Part shown: positions 20,991 through 32,270 of the stretch, piece after piece | How the letters are laid out: each line of letters begins with the position of its first letter | Position numbering within the stretch: the first letter of the stretch is position 1 | Origin: Cyanophyceae cyanobacterium | Lineage (GTDB): Bacteria > Cyanobacteriota > Cyanobacteriia > Cyanobacteriales > Laspinemataceae | Length of the DNA: 64,000 nt | Reading direction: 5' to 3' | Assembly (NCBI GenBank): GCA_038321985.1 | Contig: JBBQFN010000007.1 | Span: 1-64,000, forward strand | Program-made: the position numbers and the translations under genes | Notes under the pieces: model-generated | The model's input: the letters and a program-made list of their open reading frames with translations, nothing else | Databases searched by the model: none | Told to the model about the DNA's origin: nothing

Positions 20991-22565
20991 ATGGTGCGAA
21001 CTTTGCTCATATACCCTCTGTTTCCCCAAACATTTTGGTCTTACAACAAGATTTTAGAATTAGTCGATCGCCAGGTGTTGTTACCCCCCCTGGGATTAAT
21101 CACCGTTGCTGGAATTTTACCCCAAACTTGGGAATTTAAGGTCGTAGACCGCAATATCCGTCCGGTTACGGAAGACGAATGGGATTGGGCAGAACTGGTG
21201 ATTCTTTCGGCGATGATTGTTCAAAAACAAGATTTGCTAGAACAAATTCGCGAGGCAAAACAGCGCGGTAAATTAGTAGCCGTGGGTGGACCTTACCCCA
21301 CTTCTGTTCCCGATGAAGTCCAAGGGGCAGACCCAGATTTTATGATTTTAGATGAAGGGGAAATTACCCTACCGATGTTTGTTGATGCCTTGGAAAAAGG
21401 CGAAACTAGGGGCGTTTTTCGGACCTTAGAGAAACCCGACGTCAGCGAAACCCCGGTTCCCCGTTATGACTTATTAGAATTAGATGCTTATGATTCGATG
21501 TCGGTGCAATTCTCTCGGGGTTGTCCGTTTCAGTGTGAATTTTGTGATATTATTGTCCTCTATGGTCGCAAACCCCGCACTAAAACTCCTACACAACTTT
21601 TAGCCGAATTAGAATTTCTTTACGAGTTGGGGTGGCGACGCAGTGTCTTTATGGTGGATGATAATTTTATTGGCAATAAACGTAATGTCAGGCTACTACT
21701 ACAGGCGCTAAAAGTTTGGCAGGCTGAACATAAGTATCCATTTAAGTTTAATACTGAAGCCTCTATTGATTTGGCGGCGGATCTAGAGTTAATGAATTTA
21801 ATGGTAGAGTGTAACTTTGATGCGGTGTTTTTAGGAATTGAAACTCCGGATGAAGAAAGTTTAGCGATGACCAAAAAGTTCCAAAATACCCGAAGTTCCT
21901 TAACCGAATCCGTAGACCAAATTATTCAGGCGGGCTTACGTCCGATGGCAGGATTTATTATTGGCTTTGATGGAGAGAAAAAAGACGCCAGTTCCCGAAT
22001 CGTTAAGTTTGTAGAAGAAGCGGCTATTCCTACAGCCATGTTTGGGATGCTGCAAGCGTTACCCAATACCGCCCTCTGGGATCGTCTGGAAAAAGAGGGG
22101 CGCTTGCGAGTGAATGACCGACAGGATATTAATCAAAGCACGTTAATGAACTTTGTCCCCACTCGCCCAATTACCGATATTGCCGAAGAATATGTCGAGG
22201 CATTTTGGCAATTATATGACCCGGAAGTTTTTCTCGATCGCACTTATCGTTGCTTCCTCAAGTTAGGTGCGCCTAAATGTAAAACACCGGCTAAACTTCC
22301 CACTTGGGTTGATTTGCGGGCTTTAGGAATTATCATCTGGCGGCAAGGCATTAAACGGAAAACGCGATGGAAATTCTGGCATCATTTAGTGAGTGTGGCA
22401 TTCCACAATCCCGCTGTTTGGGAGACCTATCTCACAATTTGTGCTCATAATGAGCATTTTCTGGAATATCGTCAAATTGTCCGCGATGAAATTGAATCTC
22501 AATTAATAGAATTTCAACGCCTGGAGGCGATCGCACCCGTAGCCGTAACCTCGGAAGCAGCTTAA
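20991..22565 (+). CDS. B12-binding radical SAM protein (DUF4070-type C-terminus)
   Basis: PPLGL, GGPYP, RGCPFQCEFC. Confidence 0.9.
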   Translation: MVRTLLIYPLFPQTFWSYNKILELVDRQVLLPPLGLITVAGILPQTWEFKVVDRNIRPVTEDEWDWAELVILSAMIVQKQDLLEQIREAKQRGKLVAVGGPYPTSVPDEVQGADPDFMILDEGEITLPMFVDALEKGETRGVFRTLEKPDVSETPVPRYDLLELDAYDSMSVQFSRGCPFQCEFCDIIVLYGRKPRTKTPTQLLAELEFLYELGWRRSVFMVDDNFIGNKRNVRLLLQALKVWQAEHKYPFKFNTEASIDLAADLELMNLMVECNFDAVFLGIETPDEESLAMTKKFQNTRSSLTESVDQIIQAGLRPMAGFIIGFDGEKKDASSRIVKFVEEAAIPTAMFGMLQALPNTALWDRLEKEGRLRVNDRQDINQSTLMNFVPTRPITDIAEEYVEAFWQLYDPEVFLDRTYRCFLKLGAPKCKTPAKLPTWVDLRALGIIIWRQGIKRKTRWKFWHHLVSVAFHNPAVWETYLTICAHNEHFLEYRQIVRDEIESQLIEFQRLEAIAPVAVTSEAA

Positions 22566-23047
22566 TTAGAGTGGATCATTAGAGGATGAGTTAGGGATTA
22601 TGCCCGCCGATACCAGATAACCCGCGATCGCTAAGCCAGCTTTTAAAATATTGCCAATTGGAAATTGGCAATATATATTATATCAGATAAGGCATCTTTA
22701 GGGAGAAATAGGCAGAGGTTATAAGATTTAGCCAGTTTAATCCGTAATTTTGAAATGTTTCGTAACAATTCACCTAAAAACGGGTTAAAATTAAATCCGT
22801 TTATTGCGTGCGTTTTTCTCCTTCCGTGTCCCCGATGTTTTTTTATAAAGCATAAGGGAGTTCTAACCGTTTCCAGACCCGTGGGGTTCAATAAGCCAGC
22901 TAGATGGGTGGGGGCCGCACAGGGGGAAGAATGGATTGAATAAGGAGGGTCTCCTTGGGGACAAGACTTTTAAGCCTTTATCAAGGCTAAAAGCAACGGA
23001 TGCAAGGGGAAACGCCGGTTTGAAACTCAGGTAAAAACGGAAATTTC

Positions 23048-24124
23048 GTGCAAGCAAACACCATTTTAGATCAGACGACTGGGACAGTTTCACAGACACA
23101 GACCCAAGAGTTACCCTTTACTCTTCAGGATGTGAAGGCGGCAATTCCCGCCCAGTGTTTTGAACCCTCTGTCCCTAGGTCTCTGAGTTACTTTTTTCTG
23201 GATATTGGGATTATTGCCGGACTGTATGCGATCGCCTACAGTTTGGATTCTTGGTTCTTTTTCCCCATCTTTTGGGTGATGCAAGGAACGATGTTTTGGG
23301 CATTATTTGTAGTGGGTCATGACTGCGGTCATGGCTCTTTTTCTAAGCTCAAATGGTTGAATAACCTGATCGGACATTTGTCTCATACTCCCATTCTGGT
23401 TCCCTATCACGGGTGGCGAATCAGTCACCGGACCCATCATGGGAATACGGGAAATTTGGACACCGATGAAAGCTGGTATCCGGTATCTGAGGAAAAATAC
23501 AATCGGATGCCTTGGTATGAAAAGCTATTCCGCTTTTATTTACCCTTATTGGCCTATCCACTTTATCTATTCAAGCGATCGCCCGATCGCGCCGGTTCCC
23601 ATTTTCTCCCTAGCAGTCCCCTGTTCCGTCCCTCGGAAAAATGGGATATTGTGACCAGTTCGGTCCTGTGGGTGATGATGATTGGGTTTCTCGGTTTACT
23701 CACCTATCAGTTCGGTTGGCTCTTTTTAGTTAAATATTACCTGGTTCCTTACATCATTTTTGTGATGTGGTTGGACTTAGTGACCTTCCTACATCATACC
23801 GAAAATGATATTCCCTGGTATCGAGGAGAGGATTGGTATTTTCTCAAAGGTGCGCTATCGACAATCGATCGCGACTATGGGTTTATCAATTCCATCCATC
23901 ATGACATTGGTACTCATGTGGCACATCATATTTTCTTAAATATGCCCCACTATCATTTAAAGACAGCAACCGAGGCCATTAAGCCCCTGTTAGGCGATTA
24001 TTATCGCAAATCTACAGAACCCGTTTGGAAGAGTTTCATTCGCTCTTATTGGTCCTGTCATTTTGTACCGGATAATGGTTCTCAGGTTTACTATCAATCC
24101 CCCTGGAAACAGCAATCGAAATAA
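23048..24124 (+). CDS. desB: Omega-3 fatty acid desaturase
   Basis: His boxes HDCGH, HRTHH, HVAHH. LVPYHGWRISH. Confidence 0.9.
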   Translation: MQANTILDQTTGTVSQTQTQELPFTLQDVKAAIPAQCFEPSVPRSLSYFFLDIGIIAGLYAIAYSLDSWFFFPIFWVMQGTMFWALFVVGHDCGHGSFSKLKWLNNLIGHLSHTPILVPYHGWRISHRTHHGNTGNLDTDESWYPVSEEKYNRMPWYEKLFRFYLPLLAYPLYLFKRSPDRAGSHFLPSSPLFRPSEKWDIVTSSVLWVMMIGFLGLLTYQFGWLFLVKYYLVPYIIFVMWLDLVTFLHHTENDIPWYRGEDWYFLKGALSTIDRDYGFINSIHHDIGTHVAHHIFLNMPHYHLKTATEAIKPLLGDYYRKSTEPVWKSFIRSYWSCHFVPDNGSQVYYQSPWKQQSK

Positions 24125-24164
24125 CTAAAAATAGATCCTATTCTTTCGGGATAGGACAGGTTTT

Positions 24165-24194
24165 AAATAGCCCGCATAAGCGGGCTATTTTTTT
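24165..24194 (+). terminator. Rho-independent terminator
   Basis: AAATAGCCCGC-ATAA-GCGGGCTATTT followed by a T-run. Confidence 0.8.
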
Positions 24195-24464
24195 GCCGGG
24201 AATCTAGGGGGGAAGAAAACCCACCTGCGATCAAGGGCGGATTTCCGGTTTTAAGCCCCTACTCAGATTCTTTTTTCTCCGGAGTGGCTAATTCTTCCTC
24301 TAGAGTGGAAGTATCTTGCTCTCTGGGAGTCGTAGAGAGGGAGACGCTCCCCCCTCCTCAATTCTATTTTCGCGATGATTTAGACTAGCTATATGTAGGT
24401 TAGGCAATGCCTGCCCTACGGATGGGATTTAGAAAACCTTATTTATTTCAGGAGACATCAGCAA

Positions 24465-26375
24465 ATGGTTAGATTAAAAACTTGGCAATGGGTGGTTTTA
24501 TCTCTTCCGATCGCCGGGATTGTGACCTTTCTCCTCGTGGCCGCAGGAACCCAAATTCATGAATGGCATCTTAACTGGATTTGGGCTGTATTTACCCTAG
24601 TTTTAGTGGGGTGGCGGTGGCTGTTAGTGCAGTGGACTCAACCGATGATGGCGGAAATGCAAGCAGCGATCGCCCAGGTGAATCAGGATATAGAAGAAGC
24701 AAAACAAAAAAACATCGGACCCACGGCGAATGAGGCGACTCAAAAAGCAGAAATAGCTTTACAAAAGATTTTAGAAACCTCCCGGCTTGACCCGCCCATT
24801 TGGGAGGATTTACAAACCTTTGGCACCCGATGTCAGGAAGTTGTAACGGCCATTGCTTTAATTTATAATCCCGAAGTCAAATATCCCCTGCTTAATATTT
24901 ACATTCCCCAGGCATACGGACTCATTCGGGGCACGGTGGATGATATGGACCGCTGGATGCAACAACTCTCACCAGCCCTCAATCAAGTCACCGTAGGACA
25001 GGCATTTCAAGCCTATGAAATGTATCGTAAATTGGAACCTTCAGCGCGGAAAGTGTTGCAAGTTTGGAATTGGATGCAGTGGTTTGTCAATCCGGCAGTA
25101 GCAGCAGCGCGAGTAGCGTCTCAGGGTTCTAGCAATCGGGCAACTCAAGAATTGTTAGTGAATTTGGGACAACTGTTGCGAGAAGCTGCCTTACGGAATT
25201 TGAGTCGGCAATCCGCAATCTTGTATGGTAAACAAACTTTACTGGTGACTGATTTAGAGGGTTCTAAACCCGCATTGCCGAATGCCAAAACCCAAACCCT
25301 CCGGGATATTATCTCCCAAGCCGAACCGATTGAAAAAGTAGGGCAAAAACCCGTTAATATTTTGTTAGTCGGACGGACTGGGGCGGGAAAAAGTAGCGTA
25401 ATTAATACTTTGTTTGATAGCGATCGCGCTGCGGTAGATGTTTTGCCCAGTACCGACCTAATTTCTAGCTATCACTGGCAGAGTGACGGAGGCGAAACCT
25501 TAGTTTTATGGGATACGCCGGGATATGAACAAGGAAACCGCGAGGATTTGCGAGAGATGGTCCTCGACTATGGCCGAACTGCCGATTTATTATTGTTAGT
25601 CACCCCCGCTTTGGATCCGGCGCTACAAATGGATGTGGATTTTCTCAAAGAAATCAAGGGAGAGGCGTCTGATTTACCCACGATCGCCGTCGTGACTCAG
25701 GTCGATCGCTTGCGTCCGATTCGAGAGTGGAATCCTCCTTATGATTGGGTTTGGGGCGATAAACCCAAGGAAAAAGCGATTCGGGAAGCCACCCAATATC
25801 GCACTGAACAATTGGGGGAATACTGCGATCGCATTTTACCCCTGGTTACCCAGGACCCCCAGCAAGAACGAGTAGCATGGAATGCTGACATTTTGGCAGT
25901 TGCGCTAATTGAGGCCATTGACCCCGCCAAACAACAGCGCCTTGCCCGATTTTTGCGCGATCGCGAATCTAGAATTGTTGCTGCCGCTAAAATTATCGAC
26001 CGCTATACCTTCCAGATGACAACCACCCAAGGATTAACCTCGTTGTTAAAAAGTCCTGTCCTCCAGTTCATTTCCACCCTATCCACCGGGACCCCGACTC
26101 TCGCCTACGCCCTAGCCGAACAAATTCCCGTAGAACAGTTACCTGTGGTAATTGGGAAACTTCAGATGGGTTATGACTTATTTAACCTATTTAATACCGA
26201 CGCTAACCCTTTTCAGTTTGACTTGCTCTCCCTATGGCCTTTGTTGCGCGATAATCGGGGCAGTAGCGATCGCAATGCTTGGGCCTTTGGTCACGCTTTG
26301 GTGGAATACTGGTCTCAAAATTTAACCTTAGAACAACTGCGATCGCGCTTTGAGTCCTATTTAGAGCAGGTTTAA
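24465..26375 (+). CDS. Membrane-anchored Era-like GTPase family protein
   Basis: Two N-terminal TMs, GRTGAGKS, WDTPG, TQVD. Confidence 0.8.
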   Translation: MVRLKTWQWVVLSLPIAGIVTFLLVAAGTQIHEWHLNWIWAVFTLVLVGWRWLLVQWTQPMMAEMQAAIAQVNQDIEEAKQKNIGPTANEATQKAEIALQKILETSRLDPPIWEDLQTFGTRCQEVVTAIALIYNPEVKYPLLNIYIPQAYGLIRGTVDDMDRWMQQLSPALNQVTVGQAFQAYEMYRKLEPSARKVLQVWNWMQWFVNPAVAAARVASQGSSNRATQELLVNLGQLLREAALRNLSRQSAILYGKQTLLVTDLEGSKPALPNAKTQTLRDIISQAEPIEKVGQKPVNILLVGRTGAGKSSVINTLFDSDRAAVDVLPSTDLISSYHWQSDGGETLVLWDTPGYEQGNREDLREMVLDYGRTADLLLLVTPALDPALQMDVDFLKEIKGEASDLPTIAVVTQVDRLRPIREWNPPYDWVWGDKPKEKAIREATQYRTEQLGEYCDRILPLVTQDPQQERVAWNADILAVALIEAIDPAKQQRLARFLRDRESRIVAAAKIIDRYTFQMTTTQGLTSLLKSPVLQFISTLSTGTPTLAYALAEQIPVEQLPVVIGKLQMGYDLFNLFNTDANPFQFDLLSLWPLLRDNRGSSDRNAWAFGHALVEYWSQNLTLEQLRSRFESYLEQV

Positions 26376-26530
26376 TCCAGGGCTTTTTATCAAGCGTTCC
26401 CTACTTTAGACCCTTCCCCATTTTTTTATGCCTTTTGGTAGAGAAAAAGTCAGCATTTTGGCAGATGCCAGGAGGGAAACTCCCAGTTCAGAATAGAGCC
26501 TAAGAGAGTCAATAAAATAAAAAGGAACGA

Positions 26531-26560
26531 CCCCAGTTAAACTCAATAACTGGGGTTTTT
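26531..26560. terminator. Hairpin terminator between convergent genes
   Basis: CCCCAGTTA..TAACTGGGG followed by TTTTT. Confidence 0.6.
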
Positions 26561-26610
26561 GCTTTTATTCAAGTGACAGTGGCCTTAAAATAGCCAGATT
26601 TTAAATTAAA

Positions 26611-26850
26611 TTAAGCTAAAGCTAGTTGTAATCTCAGGGATTCACCGACACTTTCGGGTTGTCCAGCTTCTGAATTCAGGAAATAGCAGACCCCTCGATA
26701 CTGAAGCGTAACTACAGCCGATGCAGAAATTTCTAATTCAGAAGGAAGGGAGTAGCTCATCCCGCGATATTGGGCGAAGAGAGGAGATTCAGGGGCAGGT
26801 ACAGTGGAAGTAGAGGGTTGGTAGGGGAGGCCGCGATAAGATAAGTGCAT
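26611..26850 (-). CDS. DUF4278-like small cyanobacterial protein
   Basis: Three (L/Q)xYRGxxY motifs. Confidence 0.8.
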   Translation of the reverse strand: MHLSYRGLPYQPSTSTVPAPESPLFAQYRGMSYSLPSELEISASAVVTLQYRGVCYFLNSEAGQPESVGESLRLQLALA

Positions 26851-27352
26851 TAGTTTTTGTGGGTTTGAATGGTCTGTTCCTCCTATGGTGCGCCAGGGCG
26901 ATCGGCAGTAGTGTGATATATATTTATATTTTAAGTGAGCTTAATCACCTTCCTTGTTGGGGTGTATTACCGATGCTCCAGGCTGACCCGTTAAGGGTTC
27001 GGGGCTAACTTGACCCAGTGACGCCAATAAAAAACCCCCAAAAAAAATTTGGGGGTTCGCCATGCACATTTCTCAATCTGTCTAAATTCTACTGGGAACT
27101 TTTGGGAAAGAGATCAGCCAAAGTGTGGATCTGTAGGGGTCAAACTGGCCTGTTTTTTAATAATTTTTCTTCTTAATTTCCTCAAGATGAGGGTTGGCAA
27201 AACCCATAAAATGCCTCAGATTTGCTCCAGTGGGAGAAACTGGGCAAGACAGACTCACAGGACCAGGGTTCGCTACAATCACAGAAGCGGCTTCCCCACT
27301 CTGATCGGGGATGGTCGTTAAATTAGGATCCTCCTCGAATCATCAAAACCCT

Positions 27353-27676
27353 ATGAATCCTCAAGAACGTAAAAACCTAGAGCGCAAACTGCAAGATTTA
27401 GAATCCCAAATTCATCCAACCCAACCCTTATCCTCTGCAACCCCATCCTCCCCGACCCTGAAATCGGTCTACCAACAGCTAACCCTGTGGTACCAAGGAC
27501 TACCGAGTGGAGGAAAACTGGTAGCGATCGCCGTGGGTGGAGTCTTTGCCTTGTCTGCGGTGAGTACAATCTTAAACCTCGTTCGCTTAGCCTTTACCTT
27601 GGCGGCAGTTGGGGTATTAGGGTTTGTCGGCTATAAGCTCTTTTTAGCGTCCAAATCCTCCAACCCCAATCAATAG
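27353..27676 (+). CDS. Small two-TM hypothetical protein
   Basis: Coiled N-terminus plus two hydrophobic helices. Coupled to the next gene. Confidence 0.7.
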   Translation: MNPQERKNLERKLQDLESQIHPTQPLSSATPSSPTLKSVYQQLTLWYQGLPSGGKLVAIAVGGVFALSAVSTILNLVRLAFTLAAVGVLGFVGYKLFLASKSSNPNQ

Positions 27677-29880
27677 TGACTGGAAAATCCAAAGGTCCGA
27701 AGCGGACTGCACCCCCGGTCAAATCTGCCCGAGAAAGTAAACCCCCGGGGAAAGTGAAAGTTAACCCCGTGAAACTGTTTCCGCGTCGGTTGGCAGCCGC
27801 TACCGTAGAACTGGCACTAATGGCGGTTAGCGCCTTGGTTCCTGTGGGGATAGGATGGCACGGGACGAAGTATCTGAATGTGCAAGCCGTCCCCCTGAAT
27901 CCGGCCCTGGTCACCCTCGAAAGTGCGATCGCCCGGTCCCTGGCTCTCCCCTCAACTTGTACTCCTCCCAGGGGACGTAGCTGTACCCGTCTTGTCCCTC
28001 CCCTGGTCAATTTTCTCTGGACAATTGGCCCGATCGCCGCCTTAATCGTCAGTATTTGGCAGTTATATCTACTCGGACTCACGGGTCAGACTTTGCCGAA
28101 GCGGTGGTTGCGCCTCCAGGTGGTAACGGATTCGGGAGAAGCCCCTGGTTTTGGGCGGGCGCTAGTGCGAGAGGGGGTGGGCCGATGGGGGATTCCCCTC
28201 ACCAGTGCCTATCTAATCTGGCTGGTTACGGGCGCTGTGCCGGACTTAGCAATTTTGGGAGTTACGATTGCCTTGATGGTGGCTTTCGATGGACTCTGGA
28301 GTTACTTTGATCCCAAGTACCGCACCCTACACGATCGCCTCGCCGGAACGTGGGTCCGCAGTAGCCGACACAGCATTTCGGGACCTAGTAGAAAAATGAA
28401 CAGCAGCAACTCGAAACAGGTGGGGATTCAACTAGAGGGAACGGCCCCCATTGAACTGATAGCGGAATCAAACCGGGCGTCTGCTCAGGGGTGGGACTCG
28501 ATTCGTCTCCCGGGTCGTGGGAAAAAGGCCCTGGCAGTCGCCGTGGGTCTCGCTGCAATTTTAGGAACCTTTGTTACAACCCAAATCTATATCCAAAGTC
28601 AAGAAAATGCTCGGAATCAGGCTGCTCGGGAGCAGGAAAAGTTTCTCACTTGGGTCCGGCAATTGGCACCGAACGAGCGTCAAGGTGCGATTTTAGGGCT
28701 AGCCAGTTTAGATAATCCCGAGGCACAATTCCAAATTCTAGCGGATATGCTGGCTTTGGAAACAGACCCGGCTCAAATCAACGTCCTCCAGCAAGCGTTA
28801 GTCAGCAGTGGAGGGCGATCGCTTCCGTATTTGCAAAAATTAAATCAAGCCACCCGCACGGAGTTGGATTCCTTACGTTACAGCACTAACCAGGAGGAAC
28901 TTGAAGGGGTGCACCTGCGACTCCAAGCCACCCAACGGGCGATCGCAAAATTGCTCCAGCTTTATAGCACCCAGTTCGGCCCCCTGGATCTCAGCCGCAC
29001 TCATCTGGGACAAATCACCACCGAAACCGCACCTTTTACCTTGGTATTAGAGAAAACTGATTTATCGGGGATTCGATTTCGGGGCGCTATTCTGAGTCAT
29101 GGGAGTTTTAAAGGCAGTCAATTTTCCAGTCCCGGAGGCGATCGCCGCTTCGGAACCGGGGATGACCAAAAAGCTGACTTTACCGCTAGCGTTGTCACCG
29201 ATGCCGACTTTACCGGGGCATTTCTAAGCCATGTCATCCTCGCCTACAGCAATCTGAGTCGTACCAAACTCGATCGCGCCAACCTCTCTAATGCTCAATT
29301 GACGGGGGCGAACCTCAGCAGTACCCAGGCGACGGGGGCGGATTTCCAAGGTGCCGATCTCACTAATGCTACCCTGGTTGGCGCTCATTTAGGAGAAGCC
29401 AATTTAACGGAAATTCTAGCCCTAGGTGCTCGCTTCCCCAGAGTTGTAGCAACTGGGGCGAATTTGGCAAAGGCGAATTTAACCCGATCCGATTGGCAAG
29501 GGGCAGATTTGAGTCGGGCTAATTTTACCCAGTCTAATCTCCAAAATGCCAACTTGAGCGAGGCAAAACTCGCGGGTGCTAATTTGAGTTCTGCCCTATT
29601 ACAAGATGCTAACTTCCAGCAGGCGGATCTCACCTCGGTGAATTTTCAAGGGGCGAATGTGCAAGGGGCGGATTTCCAAGACGCTGTGTTTTTCAAACCC
29701 CTAACTCAAAGCGGCGATCGCCTGGTGCAATCCCCAGAGGCATCAACTTCCCCCGGATTTTTGCGGGGGGTTGATTTTACAGAGGCCCAAAATTTAGATA
29801 ATAAGCAGATTGTTTATATCTGTGATCAAGGGGGAATATATCCCCTTTGTTCCCAACCTTCCCCGTTGTATTCTCCCTAG
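27676..29880 (+). CDS. RDD domain + pentapeptide repeat protein
   Basis: RRLAA, GQTLPKRW, LHDRLAGT (RDD). A(N/D)LxxA repeats. Confidence 0.88.
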   Translation: MTGKSKGPKRTAPPVKSARESKPPGKVKVNPVKLFPRRLAAATVELALMAVSALVPVGIGWHGTKYLNVQAVPLNPALVTLESAIARSLALPSTCTPPRGRSCTRLVPPLVNFLWTIGPIAALIVSIWQLYLLGLTGQTLPKRWLRLQVVTDSGEAPGFGRALVREGVGRWGIPLTSAYLIWLVTGAVPDLAILGVTIALMVAFDGLWSYFDPKYRTLHDRLAGTWVRSSRHSISGPSRKMNSSNSKQVGIQLEGTAPIELIAESNRASAQGWDSIRLPGRGKKALAVAVGLAAILGTFVTTQIYIQSQENARNQAAREQEKFLTWVRQLAPNERQGAILGLASLDNPEAQFQILADMLALETDPAQINVLQQALVSSGGRSLPYLQKLNQATRTELDSLRYSTNQEELEGVHLRLQATQRAIAKLLQLYSTQFGPLDLSRTHLGQITTETAPFTLVLEKTDLSGIRFRGAILSHGSFKGSQFSSPGGDRRFGTGDDQKADFTASVVTDADFTGAFLSHVILAYSNLSRTKLDRANLSNAQLTGANLSSTQATGADFQGADLTNATLVGAHLGEANLTEILALGARFPRVVATGANLAKANLTRSDWQGADLSRANFTQSNLQNANLSEAKLAGANLSSALLQDANFQQADLTSVNFQGANVQGADFQDAVFFKPLTQSGDRLVQSPEASTSPGFLRGVDFTEAQNLDNKQIVYICDQGGIYPLCSQPSPLYSP

Positions 29881-30029
29881 GCAAGGGGGGAAAGGGTTCA
29901 GAAATCTTAGTGAACCCTTATTCCCAAGGGGATAGGGAAACAGAGTGCCGATGATTCCGGATTCAACTTAAGCTAGAATCGACGGAACATCGGAAGTATT
30001 TGTTTTTAGTGGGATTGAGGAGTAGGGAA

Positions 30030-30548
30030 ATGGAATGTTTCAAAAAAATAGGATCGGTTCTGGGTGCAGTAGCTTTGGGGACGGTGGCGATCGCCAGCAC
30101 TGTAGCCTTTACCAGTAAACCCGTCTATGCTCAAGCGGCATACGGGAGTTATGTTGGGGTTGGCGGATCTGCCGGACTCACTGAAGCAGACGGCGATCGG
30201 CAAAACTCTTTCATCGTGGCAGCGCGCTATAAACTCCTTCCCGTGCCGATTTCATTACGAGCTCAGGCATTTTTTAGCGGAGATGGTACGGCGATAGTTC
30301 CTACGATTTCCTATGATTTTCCCCTAACCTGGCAAGCAGATATTTACTTGGGCGCAGGTGCCGCCTTAGCCACTGGGGATACCCCCGTGGGCCAAAAAGC
30401 CAGCTTTGCCATTCAACCCGGCGTGGATTTCGCGGTTCCCAATACCCGATTTGTCCTGTTTGGGAATGCGGTAATTGCCCTGGATGCTTATGACGACGAA
30501 AGTAAACCTGCCGTATCGGTGCAAGGAGGCGTCGGGTTACGATTTTAA
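30030..30548 (+). CDS. Outer-membrane beta-barrel-like protein
   Basis: Signal peptide, SYVGVGG, terminal GVGLRF. Confidence 0.7.
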   Translation: MECFKKIGSVLGAVALGTVAIASTVAFTSKPVYAQAAYGSYVGVGGSAGLTEADGDRQNSFIVAARYKLLPVPISLRAQAFFSGDGTAIVPTISYDFPLTWQADIYLGAGAALATGDTPVGQKASFAIQPGVDFAVPNTRFVLFGNAVIALDAYDDESKPAVSVQGGVGLRF

Positions 30549-30624
30549 GCGCAGATACCAGGGTGTAATATATAGAGACGTGCCCAGCACGTCTCTAAGG
30601 CGATCGCAGTGGCAGGGTCCGCGT

Positions 30625-32100
30625 TTATTTCAAGGATCTGATCCGGTCAGGGGGCCAATAGATTTTATAAGCCTTGCCAATAATATGACTCCTTGGTACA
30701 TATCCCCAAACGTGAGAATCAAAGCTGTTATTTCGATTATCTCCTAATACAAAATAATTATCGGCTGGGACGATTTGGGTTTCGATATTATACTGGGCCG
30801 TCTCCGCTATATAGTTTTCACTCAGGGGCTGATTATTGATATAAATAATCCCATCGTTGAGTCGGATCACTTGTAAGGGGGTGCCCACTGCTCGTTTGAT
30901 AAATAAATCTCCAGCCTTGGGGTCAAGGGTCTTCGCAAATTCCGGCGCTCGAAATACAATTAAATCCCCATTTTGCGGCGGGCGACTGCGGGCTTTTAAG
31001 GCTAGGATTTGGTCCCCGGAATGTAAGGTGGGTATCATCGAATCACTGGGAATTGTAAACCGTTGCACGAAATCATGTTCCACCCAAGCAGGAATCAAGA
31101 TTCCCAGAAGTTTGAAGGCTAAAATCAAACTCACAATCATCACAATGGGGTCTCGGGAATGGAGGGGCGATCGCGGGCAGGAAAAATACGCATGGTAACA
31201 GGCGATCGCATAGAGGATGGGAGGAATCAATAACCACCCTGGATGAAAGCGGGCAATATTAGAAGCCAGGATTAGGCTAATAATTAACAAGCACCCTAAG
31301 AAGAAATTATGTAAATATATATGGCCGAGTCCCGGTAACAACTGAGATAAAAAAACAGCTACCCAGGGATTATTTTTATTTCTTTGATTCTTAAAAACTC
31401 GTTCTAACCGTAAAAAAGAAAGGGTTTTAAAGCATTGATGGGCATCTATAATATTGACCAAATAAATGCCAAAAATGGGTAAGGTTAACCCCAAAGTCGT
31501 CAGGGTATTTCCCTGGGGACTAAAAAAGGAAACGACGGCTATTGTAATTAAGACCGCTTCAATCAGAATAATTCCCAACCCTCTGAAAATTTTCCCGGCA
31601 TACAGTTGTCCCAGACCCGGAAACAGGGCCGATAAATTAACGGCTAACCACGGATCTTTTTGCAGAGTTGCTTTGCGCGATCGCCTGGGTTGTATCCCTG
31701 TGGGGGAGGACCGAGGGGTGACTCGGGATAATCCCACGGCAAGGGTATCTGTGCGATCGTCATTTTGCGGTTTGGTCCGTTGGCGGGCGAGGGTTCGCAC
31801 ATTAGGTGCATTCCCTAAGGGAAACTCTTCACTCCAGATGACAGAACGACTCCGATTTTTGCCCAAAATCCGCACCCGGGCGACTGTGGTAATTTTCAGA
31901 TTCATCAGCAATTCCCGAATCGCAGCAACGCACCGTTGCCGATGTCTGGGAGTTGGCGCGTGAACACTCACCGACAGTAAACTCTGATGCAGGCGCACCT
32001 GAGCTCTCATGCCGTGAGGTTTTAAAGAGTGATCAATCAAGGAAGCGATCGCCCGAATATCTCCTTGTTTTGCTTGTGCCTGCAACTTTGCCGGTGTCAT
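30625..32100 (-). CDS. lepB: Signal peptidase I with long N-terminal multi-TM extension
   Basis: IPSDSMIPTL, FIKR, GDNRNNSFDSH. Two 'PWxAVxLS...PGLG(Q/H)xY' units upstream. Confidence 0.85.
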   Translation of the reverse strand: MTPAKLQAQAKQGDIRAIASLIDHSLKPHGMRAQVRLHQSLLSVSVHAPTPRHRQRCVAAIRELLMNLKITTVARVRILGKNRSRSVIWSEEFPLGNAPNVRTLARQRTKPQNDDRTDTLAVGLSRVTPRSSPTGIQPRRSRKATLQKDPWLAVNLSALFPGLGQLYAGKIFRGLGIILIEAVLITIAVVSFFSPQGNTLTTLGLTLPIFGIYLVNIIDAHQCFKTLSFLRLERVFKNQRNKNNPWVAVFLSQLLPGLGHIYLHNFFLGCLLIISLILASNIARFHPGWLLIPPILYAIACYHAYFSCPRSPLHSRDPIVMIVSLILAFKLLGILIPAWVEHDFVQRFTIPSDSMIPTLHSGDQILALKARSRPPQNGDLIVFRAPEFAKTLDPKAGDLFIKRAVGTPLQVIRLNDGIIYINNQPLSENYIAETAQYNIETQIVPADNYFVLGDNRNNSFDSHVWGYVPRSHIIGKAYKIYWPPDRIRSLK

Positions 32101-32270
32101 CCTCCTATTCCCCCAGGTCCTGCACGCCACAAATCACCGCAAAGCGAAACCCTTGTTCACTGGGGAATAGGTTTGCCTGGACCGTCGCCCTAAAGTGGGT
32201 TACTTTTAACCCTTCACCCTGAGTTGTAGATTGCATCGGCAGTATTTCCTTTACGCGCTTCTTTTTAAGT

